Assembly (NCBI GenBank): GCA_024679065.1
Contig: JAGIQG010000013.1
Coordinates: 19,158,001-19,222,000, forward strand
DNA length: 64,000 nt
Reading direction: 5' to 3'
Source of the DNA: Sphyrna mokarran
Taxonomy: Eukaryota
The notes under the pieces were generated by a model. The model saw only the letters and a program-made list of their open reading frames with translations, did not search any database and was not told where the DNA came from. Within the stretch, counting starts at the first letter, position 1. Each line of letters opens with the position of its first letter. Below are positions 24,056 to 38,211 of the stretch, in pieces. Position numbers and translations under genes: made by a program.

Positions 24056-26099
24056 TTAATATTGTTAACCATTGATAACTATCATAGATTGTTGTAAAAA
24101 TCCATCTGGTTCATTAATTTCCTTAAGGAAGGAAACCTGCCATCTTTATCTGTTCTGGCCTACACTGACTTCAGATCCACAGCAATGTGGTTGCATCTTA
24201 GCTGCCCTCTGAAATGTGGACTAACAAGCCCCTCAGTTCAAGAGCAATTAAGAATGGGTAACAAATGTTGGAACTGCCAGTGATGCCCTCAACCCATAAA
24301 AGGATAAAGAAAATAATCTCTATGATGTTGATTGAAGGATAAATATTGATCAGTACAATGGCAATAATTCACCCGATTTGCTTCAAAATAGTGCCATGGG
24401 ATCTTCTAAATCCCCAAGCAAATAGTTGGACCCTCATTTTAAGATCTGATTGTAAGAAGATAAAAGATGTAGGAACGCAGAACCTTGGCCTTCTTCTCTT
24501 CATTTGATTGCAGATTGCAAGCAAGGCACCCATGATCTTGTGATTCCTGTCAACTCTGCGTGAAGGGGTTAAGATCATTGAATACAGTAAAGCCACTCTA
24601 TGAAATGAATTCTCCTGGGAAGTTGCTGTGAATTGGTCTCTGTGAAATTCCTGCAGTTACAGATGGGCTGTATAAACAAGATGAACAAAGGACAAGAGAA
24701 TGGGAACTTTGACAAACCACAAGGAGAATAGCCATAACGGCCAAGGTCGGCAGGTGTGGGTGTTTAGATGGTGCAGCCATGAAGGCTTGTTTCATTAGTA
24801 ATTGAATATTAGAATTGGACAAGTGTTTTGAGGCTGATACCAGGTAATTATGTTCACCTGGCTATTCTTTGTAATTGGATATTAATGACTTCAGAACAAA
24901 TGTACACTTGTGATTAATATATATAAATTGCTTGTAAGATAAGCAAAGGCATAATTACTGCTGCGATATATCACTCAGGAAGTCGGTGTGCCACTGCAGG
25001 AGCCCGACATCCTGCTATAGTTTGAACAAAGGCCAATTTAAAACTCCAAAAGTTTCGTCTGGCCTCTTAAGGAAAACAAATTATGAGTTAGCCATGTGAA
25101 ATGTCTCCCGAGCAGCAAAGCATCTCAGAATTTATCTGTCAGCTAATGGCTGTTGGTATCTTTCACATCTCTGAGGCAAAAGATTGTGGTTTCAAACCCA
25201 ACTTCAACATCTGAAGACATATCTAGATTGACATTTCAGCGCAGTAAGTGTTGCAATATCAAAGATGATATCTTTCAGGAGAAATGTTTTGGAAGACGTT
25301 TCCTCAAGCTGACATGAAAATAACCCAAGGGATTTCTCCCACAGTTATGACTGAATTCTTTCCTTGACTAACTCCCTAACTCACTCACTCATTGTTTATG
25401 GGACCATGTTATGCTGCATAACAGCAATGACTTTTCTTAAAGCAAATTATTGGTTTTAAAAGACTTTTGGATGTCCAGAAGATATTTAATCAAAAGAAAT
25501 GAAAAATAATTTCATTTTTATATCACAATGAAATATCATTTTAATTCTGAACTGTGCTTTGAACACTTTTCAGAATTAAACCAAGTTACACATTTTTCAA
25601 TAATATTCAATGATTTGGGATTCATGTTGAAGGAAAAATTTATAGTTTCATGAATTTGCACCACCAATGAGAAATCTCAACTACGTATATCAGGAAATTG
25701 AAGTATACCACCCACCATTTCCCAACCATCAATTTTAATGTGGGAATATTACAGTTGTACAACAATAATTTCCTAAGGCTGGCCATGGGCATGGATCCTG
25801 GATGCATACATTTATAAAGCTGGCTTAGATATTATGAATTCAAGGATTCACAATACGTTCACTCACCTCAGTTGCTTAACTATAAGGAGAGTTCATTCAA
25901 AAAAGACCTCGCTACAGGACTCCCAAAGTATTTTAAGTGGGATTTTCCAACCGCCATTGCCCCAAGGTCAGAAAGGTCAATGGACCTTTGCATTGTCTGC
26001 CCTTGTAAGCTACAATTCCCTAACAGGTCAGATGGGAAAATTCTGCCCTTTGCCTTTATTGTGAAGTCCAAGCGATGGTAAAGTATGAGCGGATACAAT

Positions 26100-29000
26100 C
26101 ATAAGACAAACAAAAATAGACCATTCAGCCTTTCAAGCCTGCTGCACTAGTTTATTAGATCATGGCTGATCTAACACTCCATTTCCTTGCCTTTGTATCA
26201 ACCTTAATGTTCTTATTGATTAAAAATCTACTAATCTTACCCTTGAAAATGTTCAAGAACTCGGTTTCCAAATCTTCCTGGGACAAAGAATTGAAACAAT
26301 TGGCCACTCTTTGAGAGAAGAAATTCTTCCTCAAGTCTATCTTAAATGAGCATCCCTTATTCTGCAATTTGTGCCGTCTCCCGTGAGCAGAACATCCTCC
26401 CAACATTTGCCCTGTTTAACCTCCTACTTTATATGCCTCCAATGATGATATATCCTTCCTTAAATAAGGGGACTAAAACTGTGGCCTCATTATTACCTTG
26501 CAGCGACACCTCTTTATTTTTGTATTCCAGGTCCCTTAAAATAAAAACAAGCATTTCACATACCTTCCCATTACTTCTGCACATGTATATTAGCCTTCTG
26601 GGTTTCACAAACAAGGATCCCCAAGTCCCTTTGTGCTCCTCTCCATTTAAATTATAACCCACCTTCTCATTCCTTCTTCCAAAATGAACAATCTCACATT
26701 TTCCCACACTGAATTCCATTTGCCAAATTTCTGGCCATTCATTTAACCTGTCAGTCTTGCTCTGTAAACTATTTATAATATCCTTACAACTTGCCTTCCC
26801 TCACATCTTTGTATCATCTGCAAACCTGGCCTCTGTTCCTTTTCCAAATCATTAATATAGAGGACAAACAAAGAACAAAGAAAAGTACAGCCACAGGAAC
26901 AAGTCCTTCTTGTGATGCGTTGATCACATTTACCTATCCAAACCAACCACTTATATCCTTGTATTCGTCGATTATTTATATGCCTATCAAGATAAGTCTT
27001 AAATGTGACTAACATAACTGCCTCAACTCCCTTACTTAGCAGTGCATTCCGAGTACCCACCACTTCCTATGTAAAAAATTTCCCCACACATCTCCACTGA
27101 ACTTTTCCCCTCTTATCTTGAAGTTGTGCCCGCTTATAACTGTTATTTCTGTCCTTCCAATGGTTCTCCTTATCTATATCTCTCATAATTTTATAAATAT
27201 CTATCAGGTCACCGGCAGCCTACTTCTTTACAAGGAAAACAATCCCAGTTTATTCAATCTCTCCTCATAGCTAATACCCTCCATACCAGGCAACATCCTG
27301 GTAAGTTTTTTCTGCACTCTCTCCAAAGCTTCCACATCCTTCCAGAGATGTGATGACCAGAATTGGAACAGTGAGTCTGATTTTATTATTGAGTTGCACT
27401 CATTTTCAGGCACAAAAATTTCATAAAGTTGGGAGTGAAGGGAATTGTGTGATCCGCGCCCATGTCCACGCCGATTCCCACTTTACCAAGGCCCGAAAAT
27501 GATCACGATGGGAACCACGCTTGAAAGGGGCACAACGTTAATTTAAATGTATTTGCATGCATTTAAATTGATTTACTGAGCTGGATGCCCAAACTTACCA
27601 GCATTTCCCCCTTTACCATTGTGTTTCCCCGTCCAGATTCAGCACAAACCCAGACGCTCCAGCTTTTGAAGAGGTAAGTTCAGAACCCTTGGCGATTCTC
27701 TAACTCAGATTGGTGGTGGCAGGGGGGAGGAAGGAGGCGTGCCAGATCATTTTCTGATGCGGGGGAGGAAGGGAGAGGCGGGTCAGATGTATCTCTGGTG
27801 GGGGAGGGTGGCCCAATCGTTCTCTGGTGAGGAGCAGGGGAGGGAGGCCAAATCTCGCTCTATGTGGAAGGGAAGGGTGGGGAGGCAAGGGAGGCCTGTT
27901 TATTCACTAGTGGGGAGGGGGAGGTAAGGCGAGTTCATTCTCTGGTTGGGGGAAGGGGAGAACGAGGGACAGATCGCTCTTTGGTGGAAAGGGGTGGGGA
28001 GGAGAGATGGGGGGAGGGGTCGGGGTGGGCAAGGTCTGTTGCCACTCTGCGGGTGATCAGTAGGGGAAAAGGGAGGGATCGCTGTCACTCTGCAGGTGAT
28101 CGGTGGGCTGGAAGAGGGTTGTGATCGGTCGGGGGTTGAGGTAGTGGGGGTGCAGTGTATGAGGGGAGTAGTTATGTTCTGGGGATGGGGTGATGTCTGT
28201 GGGGGCCATCATTCCAGAGCTGCTTTATCTGCTTTTGCAGCCCAGGAGCAATATGAAAGGGGAGCGTTTTTCAAATTTTTTTCACTGTGCACGCGCAGTT
28301 ATAGGTTCCAATTAGAGCTGCAGTGTTTTGGGCACTATAAGCCCTGCCCACAGTGTGATTCAGACTTGCGATTTTTTTTTCAGGCTGAGTGCGTATGGGG
28401 GGACACATGGCAACGAGTTTCCAAGCCAGATCTGAATCACAACCAGATTCAACATTTAGAATCAAAATGGTAAAATCGCCCCCCGCATCCCAAATCTGGC
28501 CGATCAAAGGTTTTATACAATTGTAACAGAATTTGCCAACTTCTATACGCAATGCCCTGTCCAATGAAGGCAAGCATGCCATATGCTTTCTCCACCAATG
28601 TTACCACTTTTAAGGGTATGTGGATCTATACTTCTGAATCTCTCTCTTTGTCTCTGCTCTTGATTGTTCTGCCATTTATTTTATAGCTCCTACCTAAATT
28701 GGACCTACCAAAGTGCATCACCTTATATTTGTCCAGGTTAAATTCCATCTGCTATTTCTCCACCCAATTTTCCAGCCTGTCTATATCCTGCTGTATTTTC
28801 TGACAATTTTCATCACAATTCTGAACTCCGCCAATCTTAGTATCATCCACAAACTTGCTAATCAAACCAATTATGTTTTCTTCAAATCATTTATATATGT
28901 TGCAAAAAGCAGAGGCCCCAGCACTGATCCCTTTGGAATGCCACTAGTTACAAACCTCCATTTAGAAAAATACTCTTTCATTGGTATCCTCTGTGTTCTA

Positions 29001-30070
29001 TGGCTAAACTAGTTCTGAATCCATCTAGCTTGTTCACCACTGATCCCATGAGATTTAATCTTTTGCACCAGCCTGCCACGTGGAACCTAACGAAGTGTCT
29101 TACTAAAGTCCATGTAGACAACATCCACAGCCCTTCTCTCATCAATCATTTTTGTCACCTCCCCAAAAAACTCAATGGCCTCTCATGTACAAATAAATAC
29201 TGTCTGTCACTAACTAATCCATTCAGTTCTAAATGTGTACAGATCCTATTCCTAAGAATCTTCTCAAATAATTTCACTATCACTGACATCAAACTCACTG
29301 GCCTATAATTACCTTATCCTTGCTACCTTGAAAAACAGGACAACATTGGCTATCCTCCAAACCCCAGGTACCTCATCAGTGGTCAACAAAGAAACAAAGA
29401 TTTCTAATAGAGGCCCAGCAATTTCACCTCTTGTCTATCTCAATGTTTTTTAATTCACCTAACACTTCCTCCTCATAATGATGATTTGTTCTAAAGGGTT
29501 TACATACTTCTCCATGACACCATCAATCAACATGTCCTTCTCCTTTACGAATACCAATGCAAAGTGCTTATTAAGGAACTCACCCACTTCCTTTGGTTCT
29601 ATACATAATTTTCCTCCTTTGCCCTTAAGTGAACCAACTCTTTCTCTCGCTACCCTCTTGTTCCTAATATATGCATAAAATGCCTTGGGATTCTCCTTAG
29701 TCCTGTCTGCCAAGGACATTTCGCGACCCTGCTCTTGCCTTCCTAACTCCCTGGTTGAGCTCTTTTCTGCTTTTCCTGTATTCTTCAAATGCTCAACTGT
29801 TTTTAATTGTCTGAACTTCATTTATGCATCCTTTTTCTTTTTGACTAGACTAACAATTTCCCTAGTCATCCACAGTTCCTGAATCCTGCCTTTTCTGTCC
29901 TTCCTTCTCATTGGCACATGGCTGTCCTGAATTCTTATCAATTGCTCCTTGAAAGACTCCCACATGCCAAATGAGGATTTACGTTCAGCCAACCTCTTCC
30001 AAACAACAGCCTCCAAATCCTGCTTAATCAGGTTGTAGTTAGCCTTCCCCCAATTTAGCATCTTAACCCG
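26100..30070 (-). mobile_element. Nested CR1 fragments, interrupted by a GC-rich MITE-like element at 27372-28482
   Basis: RT peptide remnants (MEFSVGKCEIVHFG, FWSSHLWKDVEALERVQ, KENPKAFY, LNWGKANY). Confidence 0.85.
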
Positions 30071-33000
30071 AGGAGATGTGAAGTGTCACTTGATTGTTGC
30101 CCGTGTCGTCATGGTCCAAATAAATGAGATACAGATAAGATTTGGGTGGTATGGTAGCACAGTGGTCAGCACTGCTGCCTCACAGCTCCAGGATCCTGGG
30201 TTCAATTCCTGGCTTGGGTCTGTGTGGAGTTTGCACATTCTCCTCGTATCTGCATGAGCTTCCTCCAGCTACTCAGGTTTCCTCCCACAGCCCAAAGATG
30301 TGTTGGTTAGGTTGATTGGCCATGCTAAAATTGCCTCTTAGTGTCCTGAGATTCATAGATTAGTGAGTAAATATGTAGTGATATGGGGATAGGGCCTGGG
30401 TGGGATTGTGGTCAGCGCAGACTTGATGTGCCAAATGGCCTCTTTCAGCAGTGTAGGGTTTCTATGATGTCTATGATATGAAGAGATGTAGCTGATGACT
30501 GGTTAAAACTGAAGGTCCCTGAATTCCTGTCCACACAGGATGTTTGTCGCAGTTATCAGAATGAAGATCTTTGCACCAAGCTGCCTAGCCTGTATATATT
30601 GCAACACCCACGTGATACGAATACTAAATATACAGCATTCAGAAATATTTTTAGAATTTTCTAACTAGAGTCAGATACATGCTTGTGGTAAATGTAACTC
30701 ACTTGCCCCGAACACAATATACCACCTAAACTGTGCACTTTGTGAAAAAGCTCAAAACTTTTCACACCACTAGTTTGACCATTTTCGTAGAAACTCTACA
30801 GTGCAGAAAGAGGCCATTCGGCCCATTGAGTCTGCACTGACCACAATCCCACCCAGGCCCTACCTCCCATATCCACACATATTTTACCCACTAATCCTCT
30901 AACCTATGCACCTACAGTCAATTTAGCATGGCCAATCAACCTAAACTGCACATTTTTGGACATAGTTAATTTTAATTAACCATAATTAACGGCTCCACGC
31001 ACCCTGGACATTCTCTCTTCCACCTTTTTCCATCTGGAAAAGGATACAAAAGTCTGAACTCACATACCAACTGACTCAAGAACAGCTTTTTTCCTGCTGC
31101 CATCAGACTTTTGAATGGACTTCCTCCACATTAAGTTGATCTTTCTCTACACCCTAGCTATGACTGTAACACTACATTCTGCATTCTCTCCTTTCCTTCT
31201 CTATGAATGGTATGCTTTGTCCGCATAGACAAGCACGCAAGAAATAATATTTTCACTGCATGCTAAAGCATGTGACAGTAATAAATCAAATCAAATCAAA
31301 ATCAAATTATTTTTAGTTAACTGCTGTATTTAACTGGTACATACAGCATATTAAATCATTAGCCACATTCTCACCAATGTTCATGCCAGCCGGATTTTCC
31401 TGTCCTGTCACAATGAACAGAGGTTTGGCTCGCTACCAAATTCTCTGACCTCGCTGCAGTGTGAATTTGGTGCAAATGGGCAGTAAGATCACACCTATTG
31501 CGCCTAAAGCATTGTGATTTCAGACTAACAGCTTATCATAGATTTGAACAGAGAAAGACAAGTCTGTGGGGAAGACCTGATCTCAAGACTTTGATGGGGG
31601 TGCAATAGGGTGAGGGAGGCCAGGGAGTCCTCGAGCTTCCAGGGATCTAGGTTCAATTCTGGGCTTGGGTAATTATGTGGTATTTGAACATTGAATTTGA
31701 ATTTTCATACAAAATCTTAAGACTCAGAATAATATTAAATATTTTTGGGTTATAGTCACTGGTATAATGTAGGCAATATTTCCAAATTGTGGAATTGGCT
31801 CGAGGGGCCAAATGTCTTAGTCCTGCTCTTTTTGATGTACTATAATGTCATGATAAAGTTCCGTTGCATAGTAGATATTAAAATATATTGTAGTGAGAAA
31901 CAGCAATCAGCAGAGTATCCACACTTACTGATCACCAAACCACAGATACAGTTATGTAATCAGCCTTTGTCTTCTGTCTGCTTAAAGGTTGTGTTACACA
32001 GAGATACTGGAGGACACCAACGCTTCTCACCGGCAATAATAACCTAAGGTGTTCAATCATTCCATTTTGTTGCTCAGGAGTCATTTGATAATTTCTTCCC
32101 TGTGAAAATACTCACAAAATAGAATTATGCCCGTTATATGAAATAATTATGTTGAATAATATGCGTTCCTTGGCAGAAAAACATTTTCTTCCACTTCTAC
32201 AAGATTGAAAAGACTTTGTGATGTTCATCTGGGTTGCAAGTATTGAATCTTTCCTCAAATATGAATTTACTGTCATTGTTTCCACCTGGTGCGATGTGTA
32301 GAATATATTAATGAGTGCAGAGGCAGTCACTAAAATCAGCGCTATCATCTTCACAGTGCTATAAATAATTAATGAAATGCTTTCCTGTCAAGTTAACACA
32401 TTTCTTGGTATTACTAAAATAAAATTTGTATTCTCTGCCTTTTTTAATAATCATGGTGGGATTATGTATGGACTGCAAACAAGGTAACACTGCGTTATAT
32501 CATTGTTGCTCTCGCTATTAACAACCCAGATTGCATATTTCAGGCAACATTTGTAACCAGGTGCTGGTTACAATGGGCATTTTGATTTTACTAGGAATTT
32601 TCTGTGGTACTCTTTTCCCCAGAGAGTGGTGGAGGCAGTGTCGTTGAATATTTTTAAGGCTGAGTTAGATAGATTCTTGATTGACAAGTCAGACTAGGGT
32701 ACAGTGAGTGGGTGAAATGTGGAGTTGAAGCCACAGTCAGATCAGCCATGATCTTAATGGATGACAGAGCAGGCTGAAGGGGCCAAATGGCCTACTCCTA
32801 CTTTGGTTCATAATTTACAAATGAATTTTCATACAATTCTTAAGATTCAGAATAATTATTCGCTGCAAAAAAAAGCTACTGGGTTTGCAGCCCTTCCTTT
32901 GCCGAACTTGCTTGTTTGTGGCATTTGCTGACCTGAATGAATTTATAATTGGCCATTTATTTGGAATTTACTGAGAAAGAAAGTTGCAAATTATCTGTTT

Positions 33001-33335
33001 TTCCTTTCCTGCTAATCTATTTGATCTATAAACTTGCTAAATTTCAACTCAGTAATCATTTTGTAATGTTGCAGATGCATGTTAGATTACAGTAACTATA
33101 GAGCGGACTTCCTACTCAGTTGCTCCAGACAATGTGCAGTGCTATTTGAGAATTTATAGAGCAAAAGTACTCGATTCTCCATGTATTTTCGTTAATAATT
33201 AGAAAATCTGAAGCTGCAATTCGTTCATCAAGATCATTGAGAGCACCTAAACAGGAAATCAGCTTAATATTTCTTTAAATTTACATGGCCGAGTAGTTTG
33301 ACTAAGACCTAAAATCACCTTGGTGTCTCTGTCTC

Positions 33336-33378
33336 CTAACCCTAATCCCAATCCTAACCGTAATCCTAACCCTAACCC
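33336..33378. repeat. Degenerate interstitial telomere-like (CCCTAA)n, about 7 units
   Basis: cctaaccctaatcccaatcctaaccgtaatcctaaccctaaccc. Confidence 0.75.
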
Positions 33379-33454
33379 AAAGATCCAGAAGAATGAGATA
33401 TCTTTCCCCTTGAACTGCAGAGGGAAAAGCAGGGCACAACAATTCAATGTACAT

Positions 33455-34615
33455 TCAGTGTACATGGACTTTAGTAAGGCGTTTGATAAGGTCCCACATG
33501 CAAGGCTTCTGGAGAAGGTGAGAGGGCATGGGATCCAAGGAGCTTTGGCCTCGTGGATCCAGAACTGGCTTGCCGGCAGAAGGCAGAGAGTGATTGTGGA
33601 TGGGTCTTGTTCTGCATGGAGGTTGGTAACCAGTGGAGTGCCCCAGGGATCTGTTCTGGGACCCCTGCTGTTTGTCATTTTCATAAATGACCTGGATGAG
33701 AAAGTGGAGGGATGGGTTAGCAAGTTCGCCAATGATACAAAGATCGGTGGTGTTGTGGATGGTCTGGAGGGATGCCAAAAGTTGCAGTGGGACATAGACA
33801 GGATGCAAGACTGGGCGGAGAAGTGGCAGATGGACATCAATGCAGTTAAATGTGTAGTGGTCCATTTTGGCAGGAATAATGGGATGAAGGAGTACAATAT
33901 AAGGGGTAGGAGTCTTAGCTTTGTTGTAGAGCAGAAGGATCTAGGGGTCCGGGTCCATAGGACTCTTAAATTGGCCTCGCAGGTGGAGGAAGTGGTCAAG
34001 AAGGCGTACGGTGTACTGGCCTTCATTAATCGAGGAATAGAATTTAGGAGTCAGGAGGTAATGATGCAGCTCTATAAGACTCTTGTCAGACCCCAGTTGC
34101 AGTATTGTGCGCAGTTCTGGTCGCCTCATTATAGGAAGGATGTAGAGGCTATTGAGAGGGTTCAGAGGAGATTTACAAGGATGCTGCCTGGATTGGGCCT
34201 TATAAAGATAGGTTGAGGGAGCTGGGACTCTTCTCACTGGAGAGACGTAGGTTGAGAGGTGACCTGATAGAGGTTTATAAAATGTTGAGAGGAATAGATA
34301 GGGTGGTCTCTCAGAGACTATTTCCCCGAGCGGAAATGGTCAATACGAGAGGACACAGATTTAAGGTGCAGGGAAGCAAATACAAAGGAGATGTCAGGGG
34401 TAGGTTTTTCACTCAGAGGGTAGTGAGTGAATGGAACTGACTGCTGTCGGAGGTTGTTGAGGCAAACTCACTGCGGTCTTTTAAGAGACTTCTGGATGAG
34501 TATGTGGAAAAGAATAGGATAGGGGGTTATAGATAGGTCTGTGGATTGGTAGATGTGATTGGCGCAACTCATGGGCCGAAGGGCCTGTTTGTGCTGTATT
34601 GTTCTATGTTCTATG
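33455..34615 (+). mobile_element. CR1 LINE, 5'-truncated, relatively young
   Basis: [31 protein letters not shown], and a TTCTATGTTCTATG tail. Confidence 0.95.
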
Positions 34616-37600
34616 TAATATAAAATAAAAACAGGAAGTGCTCAACAGTTATGGTGGCTTCTGTACAGAATGTATACATCAAAGGGGAAAGAGTCAAGCG
34701 CTTCAAGTTTTTAGGTATCCAGGTCACTAACAACTTGCCCTGGTCCCCTCCAAAAAGCCCACCACAGGCTCTAGTTTCTCAGAAAATGAAGGAAATTTCG
34801 CATGACAGCTATGACTCTCATCAACCTTTAGGGGTGTACCATAGAAAGTATTCTTTCTAGTTGTCTCACAGTTTGATACGACTCCTGCTCTGTTCAACAG
34901 CGCAAGAGTTAGAAACCAAGATTTAAAAACCCTACAGTACAGAAAGAAGCTATTCAGCCCATCGAACCTGCACTGACCACAATCTCATTCAGATCCTACT
35001 CCCAAATCCCTACATATTTTACCCCCACTAATTCCTCTAACCTATTCAGCTGACTAAGGGGCAATTTTACCATGGCCAATCAACCTAACCTGCACATCTT
35101 TGGACTGTGGGAAGAAACCGGAGCACCTGGAGAAAACCCACGCAAACAGAAGAAAAATGTGCAAACTCCACATAGATAGTGACCCAAGCCAGGAATTGAA
35201 CTCAGGTCTCTGAAGCTTTGAAGCAGCAATGCTAACCACTGTGCTATCGTGCCGCAAGAAAGTACAAAAGATCTTGAATGTAGTCTAATCCATCACACAA
35301 ACCAGCCAAATTCATTGACTGTCTACACTTCCTGCTGCCTCAGAAAAGCAAACAGCATAATTAAGGACCTCATACACACTAGACATTCTCTCTTTCACCT
35401 TCTTCCATCAGGAAAACAAAAATCTGAAGTCATGTACCAACCGAATCAAGAACAGTTTCTCTCCTGCTGCTGTCAGATTTTTGAATGCATCTACCTTGCA
35501 TTATGTTGATTTTTCTCTATACCCTGGCTATAACTGTAACACTGCATTCTGCACTCTCTCTTTTCCTTCTCTATGACGGTATGTTTTGTCCGTATAGTGC
35601 ACAAGAAACAATACTTTTCACCATGTTAATACATGTGACAATAATAAATCAAATCAAATCAAACGGAGTTAATGCATCGATTCTGTATGACTCTTTTTCA
35701 CCTTAGATTCGAAACATAAACTCTGTTTCTCTCTACACACCAGACCTGCTGATTTTTTTTCCCAGCATTCTCTATTTTTATTCCATATTCAAAGCATCTG
35801 CAGTATTTTACTTTAATATTACTGCAATGTAATTGTTATTTTAAAGCAAGGCATCAAACAGATTCACGATTATCAACTTTCCCTTATCTCTTGATTTTAT
35901 TTATAGAGCTGTCAAAAATGACAGATTTACTTCTCGGGCGACATTCAGCGGAATGGTGACTTAACCCAGCTGCCAAAACATGGAAGGCAGTGGAAAGTAA
36001 CATTGGATCAGATTTAAAACCAGCATTCCACCCAGTTCTGTTGCTCACTCACCCGGTCGAATTTAACAAAATTTGGTTAAAATCATCCCTATTGTGTTAG
36101 CAAAATAAATTCTAACTGTGCCTTTTCGTAAGATTAAATATACGTGTGCTTCCATTGGAAGCAGAGAATGCTACTTTTGGATTATTTAGAATGTATCAGG
36201 CAATAAGTATTCAATTGCATCAAGCAGAAAAAACACTAAGCTAATGCTTGCCCGTAAACCAATTGTCAATTTGCACAAAATCTACATACAAGACACATGT
36301 ACAATCTCTGCTAATTAATAACCATACCCGTGTGTTATCCAAATGTTGAGCAATAAAGCACTCTGTCAGGACGGCATGGTGGCACAGTGGCTAGCATTGC
36401 TATTTCACAGTGCCAGGGACCCGGGTTCAATTCCCAGCTTGGGTAACTGTCTGTGTGGAGTTTTCACATTCTCCCTGTCTCTGTGTGACTTTCTTCTGAA
36501 TTCTCTGATTCTCTCCCACATCCTGAAAGATGTGCTAGCTAGATACATTGACCCAAACAAGGGGAATTTCACGATAACTTCATTGCAATGTGTTAACATA
36601 AGCCTTACTTGTGACTAATAAATAAACATACGATGTTGGTTCATCACAGTTCTCAAAATTGGTCAAGTAAGAGTTGTCAACTGACAAAGCGATGTTCTAA
36701 ACACGCCTGAGCAGTCTCAGAATTTGAGTACAGTATGTTATAGGAAAGTTTATAATTATTTATGAAATTTTAAAGAATTAAATTCACACTCATAATACAT
36801 ATTTTTTTTTGCAGATGTCCTATCACATTACTTAACCACGTGCAACTTGCATTCTCTTGATTAGGTAACAATGTCACACCCATAAGCAACAACAACAATC
36901 ATTTATAAAGAGTTTCTCATGTAACATAATGGCTGGAATTCTCCTGTCCTGAGAACCCAGTACTGCTACCAGAGAGAATAGAGAATGTGGCACTCAACCA
37001 AAACTCCATTCACAGCAGCTTCTACAGAAGAAGAACTCTACTGAACAAATTTGACCTCAATCACTACATTGTCTACTAATAATTGATGAAACCCTTCTGA
37101 TATAAAGAGGGAGAGTTTTCTTGGTATAGAAGTTGTATAATTAAACAAGGAATCCTTACCTAGCTTTTGAGCAATATGTCATTGTTAATGTATGTGACCA
37201 TGTCTTTAACTTAACAAAAATTAACTTGGAGGGAAAAAAAGCGTTAAAAGTTTCAAGTCTGTCTTCGGTATTCTCTTGTGTACAGTAGTGCTTCCATTAG
37301 CAGTTTGAGCGCAGGGCAGAGATAAAAAGGACAGCACAAGCCACTCTTAATGTTCTGACATCTACAAAACCAGACGTAGTGCACGCATAAAGAAACTTGG
37401 GATCTGATAATTGAACAGTTTAGATCTGTACTCTCTGGCAGTTAGAAGAATGAGGGGAGATCAAATTGAGGTATTCAAGATGATAAAAGGTATGGATAAA
37501 GTAGATGTGGAATGGATACTTCTGCTTGTGAGGTATTCTAGAACAAGGGATCATAGTCTTAGGATAAGGGGTAGCAAATTTAAAACAGAGTCGAGGAGAA

Positions 37601-38211
37601 AAGGATTGTGAATCTGTAGAAATCGCTATCCTGAAGTGCGATGGATGCTGGGACAGTGAATAAATTTAAGAAGGAGTTAGATAGATTTTTAATTGCTAAT
37701 GGATTGAAGGGTTATAGGCTGAAGGCAGGGAAAGGGGGTTGAGGAGCATGTCAGCCATATTGAATGGCAGAGCGGATTCAATGGACCAAATGGGCCTAAT
37801 TCTGCTCCCATGCCTTATGAACTTATGAACAGCGGGACTGGAGAATCCCGGCTGTGGGTGAGGTCAGAGAATCCCAGCCAAAATCTCAAAGACAGAGAGG
37901 TGCACAGGGAAAAGGGTTTAAAACAATAAGTTCATTTATTAGTCATAAGTAGGCTTACGTCAGATTGTAATAAAGTTACTGTAAAATTCCCTCACTGTGG
38001 TGCCTGTTTGGGTGAACTAAGGGATAATTTAGAATGGCTAATGCACCTAACCTGCACATTGTTGGACTGTGGGAGGAAACTTGAGTATCTGAAGGAAACC
38101 CATGCAGTCACGGGGAGGACGTGTAAACTACATTCTATGATTGTTTAGCAGGCTTATTGTAGCTTCACCAGATTTGCAGCTTGACATGTCAGGTATTGTT
38201 CCTGACGTTCC

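Noticed and set aside
33259-34026. 255-aa and similar antisense ORFs overlapping CR1s
   Set aside because: They are antisense shadows of the CR1 RT sequence.
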